From assembly GCA_049287725.1 (NCBI GenBank), contig JBAQGJ010000123.1, forward strand, positions 19,901 through 83,900: a DNA stretch of 64,000 nt, written 5' to 3'. This document shows, one piece after another, positions 29,354-38,177 of the stretch (its first letter is position 1; the number at the start of each line of letters is the position of its first letter). A model generated the notes under the pieces. The model searched no databases. It saw only the letters and a list, made by a program, of their open reading frames with translations, and was not told the DNA's origin. The position numbers and the translations under genes were made by a program. The DNA is from Candidatus Acidiferrales bacterium (GTDB taxonomy: Bacteria; Acidobacteriota; Terriglobia; Acidiferrales; UBA7541).

Positions 29354-30088
29354 CTACTGCCCGCTCTCAATCCCCAGATTTTCGCGAACCCAGTCCGTAT
29401 CCTGCTTCAGGATGTCGTAATCCTTGCGCAGCGGATATCCTTGCCATTCGTCCGGCATCAGGATGCGTTTCAAATCCGGATGGCCTTCGAACACGGTGCC
29501 GAACATGTCGTAACATTCGCGCTCCAGCCAATTCGCTGCGGGCCACACTTCGCAAACGCTCGGCACCGGCTCGCCTTCCGCCGCGTGCGCTTTCAATCGC
29601 AAGCGCTCGTTCTTCGCAAACGAATACAAATTCAGCACGATGTCGAATCGCTTCTCGCGCTTCGGCCAATCCACCGCGGTCAAGTCGACCAACATGTCGA
29701 ACTTTTCCTCGTCGCGGCAATAACGAGAAATTTCACGGAGCTGTTCCACGGCAATCAGCACAATCGCTTGCTTGCGATCGAGGGCAGCCTCGCGAACGGC
29801 CTCGCCAAATTTCGCCTTGAGCCGCTGCACCAATTCGTTGTCGAGCGGCACAGGTTTCGGCGGTGCCTCTTTGGGCGGGGCGGCTGCCGGCGCCTTAGGC
29901 GGTGACGCGGCGGCTGGGGTTGCCGGAGCGGCTGGCTTGGCGGGAGGCGCGGTTGCAGCAGGCGGGTTCGCGGGCGCTGCCTGCGAAGGAGTCGTCGGTG
30001 CGGCTGGCTTGTTAGGAATAGTAGCGCTATCCGCCGGACCTTCCGGCGGCTTTGCGGCGGAATCTTTTTCCGAGGGGTCTTTGACCAT
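29354..30088 (-). CDS. nuoC: NADH-quinone oxidoreductase subunit C (cluster 2) with ~80-aa Pro/Ala-rich N-terminal extension
   Basis: [42 protein letters not shown]. The only ATG gives 244 aa. Whether the low-complexity N-terminus is translated is uncertain. Confidence 0.8.
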   Translation of the reverse strand: MVKDPSEKDSAAKPPEGPADSATIPNKPAAPTTPSQAAPANPPAATAPPAKPAAPATPAAASPPKAPAAAPPKEAPPKPVPLDNELVQRLKAKFGEAVREAALDRKQAIVLIAVEQLREISRYCRDEEKFDMLVDLTAVDWPKREKRFDIVLNLYSFAKNERLRLKAHAAEGEPVPSVCEVWPAANWLERECYDMFGTVFEGHPDLKRILMPDEWQGYPLRKDYDILKQDTDWVRENLGIESGQ

Positions 30089-30239
30089 CGGTCCGATCGG
30101 CTACCGTTGCCGAACCCGCGAGACCAGCCAGCTCGCGCAGTTCGTTCGCAGCCCGCCTTTTTATCACACCCCAAAAAACAACGTCAATTCCACTTCGGGG
30201 CCCAATGTCCGCTGCGGCGCGCAACAATTGTCGCCGCGC

Positions 30240-30629
30240 CTAAACCCAGTCCAGCGCGCCCTTCCGATACAGCCACACATAGCCAACCAGCAGAATTCCG
30301 AGGAATACAATCATGGTGGCCAATCCATACAATCCCAGCTGGCCGTAGCGGATCGCCCAGGGAAAAAGAAAAATCGTCTCCACGTCAAAGATCACGAAGA
30401 GAATCGCCACAATATAAAAGCGCACCGAATAGCGGCCGCGCGCGCTCCCTTCCGGCGGCACGCCGCACTCATAAGGTTCCAGCTTGGCGCCTGTCGCTTT
30501 TGAATCCGGGCGAATGTATTTGAAAATAGCGAGAGTGACTGCGGGGAACGCCGCCGCGAGCAGCGCGTAAATCAAAATCGGAATGTATTGGCTCGGCATC
30601 GCCAAAAGAACTTCAAACGAACAGCGCAT
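30240..30629 (-). CDS. nuoA: NADH-quinone oxidoreductase subunit A (cluster 2)
   Basis: YECGVPPEGSARGRYSVRFYIVAILFVIFDVETIFLFPWA. The true start may be the internal ATG at 30599 (MPSQYIPIL...). Confidence 0.85.
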   Translation of the reverse strand: MRCSFEVLLAMPSQYIPILIYALLAAAFPAVTLAIFKYIRPDSKATGAKLEPYECGVPPEGSARGRYSVRFYIVAILFVIFDVETIFLFPWAIRYGQLGLYGLATMIVFLGILLVGYVWLYRKGALDWV

Positions 30630-30741
30630 CCTAGCACAGCGGTCAAGCCGCAGCTAGCCTCATCCGCGCAAAGATTGGCTCGCAAGAAAAGCCCGCCGTT
30701 CGAGCCGGGGAAATGAGCAGTTTTTCGATTGTAAAGAATTA

Positions 30742-31215
30742 TTAGTGCCGGGCGCCGTGTAAAACATCAATCGCGTGAGGCAGCAGCGCGGCAATCGCAT
30801 CCAGGGATTCCACTGCTCCGCGAGGGCTTCCAGGCAAATTGACGATGATCGTCGTACCGCGAATCGCGGCGACCGCTCGTGACAGAATCGCGCGCGGTGT
30901 TTTCTTCAAACCCTCCGCTCGCATCTGCTCCGCGAACCCGGGTATCAATCGTTCTGCCACCGCGATAGTCGCTTCGGGCGTCACATCGCGAGGGCCGACT
31001 CCAGTACCCCCGGTCGTGAGAATCAAGTCCACTTCCTTCGAATCGGCGGTGTTTCCGAGAAACGCTGCGATGGCGTCTTGATCGTCCGGCAATACGGCGG
31101 TGCGCGCGATTTGCCATCCAAGTTCCGTGCAACGGCCAGCGACGGCGGGTCCTGACTTGTCTTCGTGTCTTTGCGTGGCTACGGAATCACTGACGGTGAG
31201 GATGGCAACTCGCAT
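30742..31215 (-). CDS. mog: MogA/MoaB-family molybdopterin adenylyltransferase
   Basis: ILTVSDS, LILTTGGTGVGPRDVTPEAT, PGFAEQMR, IVNLPGSPRGAVESL. Confidence 0.8.
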   Translation of the reverse strand: MRVAILTVSDSVATQRHEDKSGPAVAGRCTELGWQIARTAVLPDDQDAIAAFLGNTADSKEVDLILTTGGTGVGPRDVTPEATIAVAERLIPGFAEQMRAEGLKKTPRAILSRAVAAIRGTTIIVNLPGSPRGAVESLDAIAALLPHAIDVLHGARH

Positions 31216-31233
31216 AGCGGTTGGTGCTGGCGG

Positions 31234-31998
31234 CTAACCTTCGGTGACTTCGGCGTCTGCGTTCTCGCCGTCGCGCTGTCCCTCGTCGATCAATCGCAAC
31301 GCTTCCATCAGCAGGCCAGTGGTAGTGCGGGAGATGGTCTCGCGAGAAGGCGCGCGGTTGAAATCAATTTCAAACTCACCATCGGGCCACCGGACCGCCT
31401 GAAACACGGCTGCCTCCCCTTCCAGCGCGCCCAGCCGCGCGTCCTTGCATTGCCCCGAAGCGAAAAAGAGGTCGCCCCTTTCCTCGCCGTGCCGCACGGA
31501 AAGCTGGCACGATTTCTGGCCCATCTCGAGTGATTGCATCAAATCCATGATGGACATTTCTTCCAGGCGCCCCTGAATTACGCCAGGACGCACCTGGTGA
31601 CTCTGCAATTTCTCCAGTTGCAGGCGGTCTACTACCTTCTTCGCGCGGCGTACCAGATCCTTCAGAAAAAATGGCTTGGGAATAAATTCTTCCACGCCCT
31701 CGACGATAGGACGCAATTTTTCTTCAATGTCGCTGCGGCTCGCGAGGAAAATAAATGGAATGGACTTCGTCTGCTGCCGTCCGCGCAACTTTTCGTAAAG
31801 CTGGCGGCCATCGAGTCCCGGCATGCGGTAGTCGCACACCACTAGATCCGGCGGATCATCCACGATTTTCAGCAGCGCATCCGCGCCGTCTGCCGCCGCG
31901 CGCGCGTCACAATGCGGCATCAATCCCTTCATCAGCAGGTCGAGGATCAACGCATTGTCGTCCACGACCAGCACCTTGACGTCCTTCATCGGAGTCAT
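31234..31998 (-). CDS. Response regulator: receiver domain + C-terminal DUF4388 (PATAN-type) domain
   Basis: REC motifs (VLVVDD, DLVVCDYRMPGLDG, FIPKPF). C-terminus GRLEEMSIMDLMQSLEMGQKSCQLSV...G.L.FASGQ...A..G...GE.AVFQAVRWPDGEFEIDF matches the DUF4388 pattern. Confidence 0.75.
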   Translation of the reverse strand: MTPMKDVKVLVVDDNALILDLLMKGLMPHCDARAAADGADALLKIVDDPPDLVVCDYRMPGLDGRQLYEKLRGRQQTKSIPFIFLASRSDIEEKLRPIVEGVEEFIPKPFFLKDLVRRAKKVVDRLQLEKLQSHQVRPGVIQGRLEEMSIMDLMQSLEMGQKSCQLSVRHGEERGDLFFASGQCKDARLGALEGEAAVFQAVRWPDGEFEIDFNRAPSRETISRTTTGLLMEALRLIDEGQRDGENADAEVTEG

Positions 31999-32498
31999 CG
32001 TTTCGCGCGCTTCCCACGCCTCAGATAGGTTCCGCTTCGCCCGCCCGTCTTCTTTACTAGATACACCTCAGCGATTTCCATGCCGCGCTCAAGCGCTTTG
32101 CACATGTCGTAAATGGTAAGTGCCGCCACTGACGCGGCCACCAGCGCTTCCATCTCCACCCCGGTCGGACCTGTGGCCGTCGCCTCGGACGTGATCTCGA
32201 TTCCATTCTTGCACAACGTGGCGCGCACATCTACGTGAGTCAACGAGAGGGGATGACAAAGTGGAATCAGCTCCGAAGTGCGCTTCGCAGCCGTAATTCC
32301 CGCGATCCTGGCGACTTCCAGCGGATTGCCTTTAGGAGACTTCAGCCGCCGGATGCTTTCAACGGTTGCGCGTTGCATGCGGATAAACGCGTGCGCCACG
32401 GCCGTACGCGACGTCGCGGGCTTCGTCGTGACGTCCACCATCCGCACGTTGCCCTTTTTGTCGTAATGCGAAAGCGTCCGAGTTCGACTGGCAGTCAT
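31995..32498 (-). CDS. moaC: Cyclic pyranopterin monophosphate synthase accessory protein MoaC
   Basis: MVDVT.K..T.R.A.A, KGN.LEVARIAGI.AAK.TSELIPLCHPL.L, GVEMEAL.A.SVAALT.YDM.KA. Confidence 0.9.
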   Translation of the reverse strand: MTASRTRTLSHYDKKGNVRMVDVTTKPATSRTAVAHAFIRMQRATVESIRRLKSPKGNPLEVARIAGITAAKRTSELIPLCHPLSLTHVDVRATLCKNGIEITSEATATGPTGVEMEALVAASVAALTIYDMCKALERGMEIAEVYLVKKTGGRSGTYLRRGKRAKR

Positions 32499-32546
32499 GA
32501 AGAGGATCTATCGGCGCGTCCCAGACGCGCCTTGGGACGCAATACT

Positions 32547-33779
32547 TCAGAACAAACCACGGCGCGGCAAAACGTCCGCCATCTCGCCCGCCGCAAAACT
32601 CAGCTTCGATTCGTGCACCACCAAAAAGCAATTCCCTTTCACTACCGACCCAATGTCTCCCGAACCTTCCCAGTGAATCATTTCCACTGTGGCCTCGCCG
32701 TTTGGCCAGCTCAATCGCGCCGGCAAAAAATGCGCTAGCGCAGGCTTTTCGTTTACGGGGTGCGCGAGCTTTGCTTTCAACACACTCAACGGATGTGGAG
32801 TATGCCCGCTCAGCAGATCAATCGCCGGCACCACGAACAGTTCAAAAGTCACCATCGTCGAAACGGGATTTCCCGGAAGCCCAAAAACCGGCTTCCCATG
32901 GCAGAAACCAAAAACTGCGGGCTTGCCCGGCCGAATCGCCACGGTATCAAAGTAAAATTCGGTCCCGAGTTCCTTCAGCACCTGTTCCACCAGATCGTAC
33001 TTCCCCACCGACACTCCGCCGGTAATCGCAACAATATCCGCGTCCAGCGCCCTCTGAATGCCGGCACGCAACTCCTCCAGATTGTCCGGCACGACGCCCA
33101 GCATAACCGGCTCGCCGCCCGCGAGCGCCACCTGTGCGGCCAGCGACACGTTGTTGCTGTTGCGGATTTGGAATTTCTTCGGCGGCTGATCCACTGGGAT
33201 CACTTCGTCGCCCGTCGAGAGGATCGCCACGCGCGGCTTCTTGGCTATCACGAGCCGCGATCGCCCTACCTGTGCGGCAATCGCAAGTTCTGCGTAACCG
33301 ATCCTCTGTCCGACCGTGAGTACGCTTTCTCCCACGCGAGTTTCCTGGCCCTCGAGCACGTAGTGAGCGCCCTCGCGCGCAGGCTGCTCGATAATCACGT
33401 GATCGCCTTCCGCTCGCGCGTATTCGTTCATCACGATCGCGTTTGCTCCGCGCGGCAATGGTGCGCCGGTCATGATCTGTACGCAAGTTCCAGGCTCCAC
33501 GACGCCCTCAAATGGGCCACCCGCGCGGCTTTCGCCGATCAATCGCAGTTTGGCGCCTACGTGGGCCGCATCGGCAGCCCGCACGGCATATCCATCGCGA
33601 GTAGACCGATTGAACGGCGGATAGTTCCGGTCGGCGGCCACGTTTTCAGCCACAATGCGTCCCAGCACATGCGAGGGGTTCTGTGTGAATTCGATGGTTT
33701 CAGTTGCGGGAGGGGGCGCGCACGGCCGCGCGCGAATCACTTCAATCACTTTAGCGCGCGCTGCTTCGTAGGAAACCAT
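32547..33779 (-). CDS. moeA: Molybdopterin molybdenumtransferase MoeA
   Basis: 410 aa. NYPPFNRSTRDGYAVRA, VAILSTGDE, RNSN, ITGGVSVGKYD, GLPGNPVS. Confidence 0.9.
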   Translation of the reverse strand: MVSYEAARAKVIEVIRARPCAPPPATETIEFTQNPSHVLGRIVAENVAADRNYPPFNRSTRDGYAVRAADAAHVGAKLRLIGESRAGGPFEGVVEPGTCVQIMTGAPLPRGANAIVMNEYARAEGDHVIIEQPAREGAHYVLEGQETRVGESVLTVGQRIGYAELAIAAQVGRSRLVIAKKPRVAILSTGDEVIPVDQPPKKFQIRNSNNVSLAAQVALAGGEPVMLGVVPDNLEELRAGIQRALDADIVAITGGVSVGKYDLVEQVLKELGTEFYFDTVAIRPGKPAVFGFCHGKPVFGLPGNPVSTMVTFELFVVPAIDLLSGHTPHPLSVLKAKLAHPVNEKPALAHFLPARLSWPNGEATVEMIHWEGSGDIGSVVKGNCFLVVHESKLSFAAGEMADVLPRRGLF

Positions 33780-33785
33780 GCTGTG

Positions 33786-35102
33786 TCACAGCCAGGATGC
33801 GAGTTTCGTATCTCTCGGGACGATCGTAGCGTCGCGTTCCGGCCCCGTGGAAATCATGCCGATCTCAACTTGCAACTCGTTCGAAATAAAATCCAGATAA
33901 TTCCGCGCCGCTTCCGGCAATTCCTTGACGTCGCGAATTCCCGGAGTTGCCTTTTGCCACCCCGGCAGCGTTCGGTACACCGGCTCTACTTGCGTCAGCG
34001 TCTCCACATCCGGAGGCATTTCGTCCAGAGGCTTGCCCTTCAACCGGTAACCGGTGCACACCTTAATTTCCGCCTGCGTATCGAACACGTCCAGCTTCGT
34101 CACCACCAACGAATCAATGCCGTTCAGCATTTTCGCGTATTTCAAGACGACCAAATCAAGCCAGCCGCACCGCCGCGGACGCCCCGTCACCGCGCCAAAT
34201 TCCTGGCCACGCTCGCGCACTGCCTGTGCGTCGAGATCCGGCATTTCGGTGGGAAATGGCCCGCTGCCCACGCGCGTCGTATAAGCCTTGGTCACGCCAA
34301 CCACTCCGCAAATCCGCGTGGGAGCCACCCCCAGCCCAGTCGCCACGCCACCAGACGTAGCATTAGATGACGTGACGTATGGATAGGTCCCATGGTCAAT
34401 ATCCAGCATGGTGCCCTGCGCCCCTTCAAACAGCACCGACTCGCCATTATCCAGCGCGCGGTTCAGCAGCACGCACGTATCCGTCACCAATCCGCGAATG
34501 TGCGCGGCAATTTCCAGATATTGCTCCAGCAATCCCGCCGTTTCCAGCGGATGGCCGTACGTCGCCCGACTGATCGCGTTTTTCTCCGCAATCACCCGCT
34601 CCAATTTTTCCTTGAAACCGTCGGCATCGAACAAGTCAATCACGCGAATCCCGCGCCGCGCCATCTTGTCCTCGTAAGCCGGTCCGATTCCGCGCGAAGT
34701 GGTGCCAATCGCCGCCGCGCCCCGCGCCGATTCCGCAGCTTTGTCCATTTCGCGATGATAAGGAAATATCAGGTGAGCGCGATCGCTGAGGAACAACCGC
34801 CCGCGCACGTCAATGCCAGACCTTTTCAGATTCTCAAGTTCGGCGACCAGCGCCGCCGGATCTACAACGGTCCCGGCCCCAATCACGGCCTTCTTTTCTG
34901 GGCGCAAAATTCCGCTGGGAATCAACTGCAGCACGTAACGATGATTATTGAAGATAACGGTGTGCCCGGCATTGTGGCCGCCCGCATAACGCGCCGTGTA
35001 ATCAAACGACTGAGCAAGATAATCCACCACCTTGCCCTTGCCTTCGTCGCCCCACTGCGCGCCGACCACACAAATCGCCTTCGTTCGCGACTTCTCGGTC
35101 AC
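33786..35102 (-). CDS. purA: Adenylosuccinate synthetase
   Basis: GAQWGDEGKGKVVD, GHNAGHTV, TTSRGIGPAYEDK, GRPRRCGWLD. Start placed at GTG 35102 (AGG/GGGGGG upstream); the ORF is open to 35135. Confidence 0.9.
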   Translation of the reverse strand: MTEKSRTKAICVVGAQWGDEGKGKVVDYLAQSFDYTARYAGGHNAGHTVIFNNHRYVLQLIPSGILRPEKKAVIGAGTVVDPAALVAELENLKRSGIDVRGRLFLSDRAHLIFPYHREMDKAAESARGAAAIGTTSRGIGPAYEDKMARRGIRVIDLFDADGFKEKLERVIAEKNAISRATYGHPLETAGLLEQYLEIAAHIRGLVTDTCVLLNRALDNGESVLFEGAQGTMLDIDHGTYPYVTSSNATSGGVATGLGVAPTRICGVVGVTKAYTTRVGSGPFPTEMPDLDAQAVRERGQEFGAVTGRPRRCGWLDLVVLKYAKMLNGIDSLVVTKLDVFDTQAEIKVCTGYRLKGKPLDEMPPDVETLTQVEPVYRTLPGWQKATPGIRDVKELPEAARNYLDFISNELQVEIGMISTGPERDATIVPRDTKLASWL

Positions 35103-35316
35103 CCTAGCCGCCCCCCAAGCCCCATTAGGCCGCACCTTCCCCGCTCTCGTTCACACTAGAAGCATTACAGGCAGGCTAAAACGAAAAACAGCAACAAACA
35201 ATCCTACCCTTCGCCAGACTCCCGCGCAAGCATCACACTGGAATGGTAGAAGAAGGGGGAAATAGTAGCGGCAGACCTCACGGGCAATGTCCTCAGCTGC
35301 GTGTTAGGCAGCTGCC

Positions 35317-35886
35317 CTAATAACGGAAACAATCCCGAGCGTGATCGTTCACCATCCCGACCGCCTGCATGAACGCGTAGCAGATGGTCGTCCCCACAAA
35401 GCGAAATCCCCGGCGTTTGAGGTCCTTGCTCATCGCGTCCGATTCACTCGAACGGGCCGGAATACCGCGCGAGCCGCTCCAATCATTCTTCTTCGGGCGG
35501 CCGCCGACAAACTGCCAGATGTACTTGTCAAACGTGCCGAATTCCTTCTGCACCGCAAGAAATGCCTCGGCATTGGAAATCGTGGCGGAGATTTTCAGCC
35601 GGTTGCGCACGATGCCCGCATCGGCCAGCAGCTGGCGGACTTTGCGTCCGTCGTAACGCGCGATTTTCTTCGCGTCGAAATTGTCAAATGCCCGCCGGTA
35701 ATTCTCGCGCTTATTAAGAATCGTCTCCCAACTCAAACCCGCCTGCGCGCCCTCCAGAATCAAAAATTCGAATAGCACGCGATCGTCGTGAACGGGCCTT
35801 CCCCATTCCTTATCGTGATATTCCGCCATGAGCGGCTTCTGCGCCCAATGGCACCGCTGCGGCTCGGGTTTGGCTGCTCGAGTCAT
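35317..35886 (-). CDS. tag: DNA-3-methyladenine glycosylase I
   Basis: YHD.EWG.PVHDDR.LFE.L.LEG.QAGLSW.TIL.KR..YR.AF, FVG.TICYAFMQA.GMVNDH...CF. Confidence 0.9.
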   Translation of the reverse strand: MTRAAKPEPQRCHWAQKPLMAEYHDKEWGRPVHDDRVLFEFLILEGAQAGLSWETILNKRENYRRAFDNFDAKKIARYDGRKVRQLLADAGIVRNRLKISATISNAEAFLAVQKEFGTFDKYIWQFVGGRPKKNDWSGSRGIPARSSESDAMSKDLKRRGFRFVGTTICYAFMQAVGMVNDHARDCFRY

Positions 35887-36131
35887 CGTGACTTTCTCGA
35901 TGGATGAGCCCCTACCGAGGCCGCTACCACAGAGAGGCATTGCGGGCACAAACAATCCGCATAGCGCCCGCGCAGTCCAGCCAACTCTTGCTTCGTGAGT
36001 TTCACCTCTTCACACCAACACCCCGCAGCGCTCGCCGCGCAGAGAAATTTCTCTCCGCACGCCGCGCACGCTTTCAGCTCCGGCCCAGAATCGGCCGGTT
36101 GCGCGTTCGGGCTGCCGCCGCTAATAGCCAT
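35883..36131 (-). CDS. Cysteine-rich CWC-type small protein
   Basis: CAACGEKFLC....AGCWCEEVKL......LRGRYADCLCPQCL. Stop overlaps the tag start (ATGA). Confidence 0.6.
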   Translation of the reverse strand: MAISGGSPNAQPADSGPELKACAACGEKFLCAASAAGCWCEEVKLTKQELAGLRGRYADCLCPQCLSVVAASVGAHPSRKSR

Positions 36132-36152
36132 GGTCCTGCCGGGGAATCGCGC

Positions 36153-36488
36153 CTAGGAAATGTGGCGCTGGAGGACTTTCTCGATCTGCTCTTTGGGCAC
36201 CGCGCCGACGATTTGATCGGCTACCTGGCCGCCCTTGAAAACCAGCAGAGTGGGAATGCCGCGAATATTGAATTTGCCCGCGGCGTTGATGTTCTCATCC
36301 ACGTTCAGCTTCACCACTTTTAACTTCCCTGCGTGCTCCTTCGCGATTTCTTCCACCGTCGGCGTCAGCATGTGGCACGGCCGGCACCAATCCGCCCAGA
36401 AATCAACCATCACGGGCTGGGTCTTGCTTGCTTCGACCACGTCCGCATCGAAGCTTGCGTCACTTACTGCCTGGATATTATCTGCCAT
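36153..36488 (-). CDS. trxA: Thioredoxin with non-canonical WCRPC active site
   Basis: 111 aa. VMVDFWADWCRPCHMLTP..EEIA.E..GKLKV.KLNVDEN...A..F.IRGIPTLLVFKGG. Confidence 0.9.
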   Translation of the reverse strand: MADNIQAVSDASFDADVVEASKTQPVMVDFWADWCRPCHMLTPTVEEIAKEHAGKLKVVKLNVDENINAAGKFNIRGIPTLLVFKGGQVADQIVGAVPKEQIEKVLQRHIS

Positions 36489-36544
36489 TTTTTTCCCTTG
36501 TCGCGCCCACACTCGCCCCTCGATGCCGGCAAGAGCTCTTGGCG

Positions 36545-38023
36545 CTATCCTTTAGATGTCCCGGAGACGCGTGGGATTCGAGACCTCTTAGCTGCTTCAT
36601 ACAGTGTGACATACGCCGCTGCGGAAGCCTTCCATGAAAAATCCTTGGCCATGCCGTTCTTTTGAAGGGTCTGCCAAACCTTCGGTTCTCGGTGCAATTT
36701 CAGTGCCGCCCGCACGCTTTCCATGAGCGCGCGCCCATCGTATGCCTCAAACTTGAACCCTGTTCCCTTATGGGTCTTGGCGTCAAAGCTCTGAATCGTG
36801 TCGTCCAACCCGCCCGTTGCCCGCACCACCGGAACGGTACCATAACGCAGGCTGTATATCTGGTTCAAACCGCAAGGTTCATAACGCGAAGGCATCAGAA
36901 ACATGTCCGCGCCGGCTTCGATTTTGTGCGCGAGCGTATTATCGTACCCGATCTTCACCGCCACTCTTCCCGGATTCCTTTCCGCCAGATCCTTGAACAT
37001 CGCTTCGTATTCCGCCTGGCCAGTCCCCAGCGCGATCAGCGAGATATTTTCCCTCAGTAATTCGGTGGCGACCTGCGCGATCAAATCAAAGCCCTTCTGA
37101 TCCACGAACCGTGAGACGATCCCAATTACCGGACGCTCCAGGCTTTCCGGCTTGCCTCCGAGCAGCTTGAACTGTTGCAGCAGATCCTTCTTGCAGACTT
37201 TTTTCCCGTCCAGATTGTGCGCCGAATAATTCTGCGCGATGTAGGTGTCCACCTCCGGACTCCACACCGCATAATCCACGCCATTCAGAATTCCCACCAG
37301 CCGGTCGGCGCGACCGCGGATGACCCCCTCCAGGCCATGGCCGTACTCCGGCGTCTGAATTTCCTGCGCGTAGCGCCGGCTTACCGTCGTTAGAAAGTCC
37401 GCGTAGACCAATGCGCCCTTCAGAAAATTCACGCCGCCGTAGAACTCTAATCCGTTCATCGTGAAGAGCCGGTCCGGCAGGCCGATGGTACGCATCACAG
37501 TCTGCGGAAACAGTCCCTGGTAACCGATATTGTGAATCGTAAAAACCGCCGGCAACCCGCGCACCACCGGGTCCTCGGAGTATTGTGTTCGGAGCAGCAC
37601 CGGCACGAGAGCGGTTTGCCAGTCGTGGCAATGCACCACGTCCGGCAGCCAAACGCGCTTCATGAATTCGATGCCGACCCGCGCGAACTCTGCAAACCGC
37701 TCCGCATTGTCTGGATAATCCGCGCCTTTTTCGCCGTAAAGCTGCTCCCGGTCGAAGTATCCCCGGTCGCCCACCAGGAAATAACGCACACCCGAAACAG
37801 CTGCGGCCTCACCGATGGCTGGAAACCGCAGACGATCCCCGAGCGGCACCGTTACGCTCGAAACCAATGTGGATGTCACTTTGTTTCCGCGGTAGCACGG
37901 CAGCAGCACAGCCACTTCGTGGCCCATTTCAACCAGCGCTTTGGGAAGCGCTTCCACTACGTCCGCCAGACCGCCCGTCTTCGAATACGGCAGTCCTTCG
38001 GACGATATGAATAGAATTTTCAT
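36545..38023 (-). CDS. glgA: Glycogen synthase (ADP-glucose type)
   Basis: MKILFISSEGLPYSKTGGLADVV N-terminus, HCHDWQTAL, MPSRYEPCGL.Q.Y.LRYGT.PVV..TGGL.DT. Confidence 0.9.
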   Translation of the reverse strand: MKILFISSEGLPYSKTGGLADVVEALPKALVEMGHEVAVLLPCYRGNKVTSTLVSSVTVPLGDRLRFPAIGEAAAVSGVRYFLVGDRGYFDREQLYGEKGADYPDNAERFAEFARVGIEFMKRVWLPDVVHCHDWQTALVPVLLRTQYSEDPVVRGLPAVFTIHNIGYQGLFPQTVMRTIGLPDRLFTMNGLEFYGGVNFLKGALVYADFLTTVSRRYAQEIQTPEYGHGLEGVIRGRADRLVGILNGVDYAVWSPEVDTYIAQNYSAHNLDGKKVCKKDLLQQFKLLGGKPESLERPVIGIVSRFVDQKGFDLIAQVATELLRENISLIALGTGQAEYEAMFKDLAERNPGRVAVKIGYDNTLAHKIEAGADMFLMPSRYEPCGLNQIYSLRYGTVPVVRATGGLDDTIQSFDAKTHKGTGFKFEAYDGRALMESVRAALKLHREPKVWQTLQKNGMAKDFSWKASAAAYVTLYEAAKRSRIPRVSGTSKG

Positions 38024-38177
38024 GATGGCGAGTCGAACCGAAAACGGTAGCGGAAGCCACCTGCTTCGTCAAGGAATTCCGGCCCAATTCATCCCGTGCA
38101 GCGCTTCAAGCGCGCACCGCGCAACGCCAGTCGAAATTTGTTCGCAACCGCCCCGGGTTGCTACACTCGGCGTCGCC

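Noticed and set aside
30089-30239. Possible decayed nuoB remnant in the nuoA(2)-nuoC(2) spacer.
   Set aside because: At 151 nt it is too short. None of the three - strand frames, including the overlapping ORFs 29755-30174 and 30027-30227, shows any NuoB motif.
37941-38177. Long N-terminal extension of the rsmA ORF (341 aa).
   Set aside because: It overlaps the glgA start on the opposite strand and has no similarity to RsmA. The conserved N-terminus MARQRLGQHFL begins at ATG 38178.
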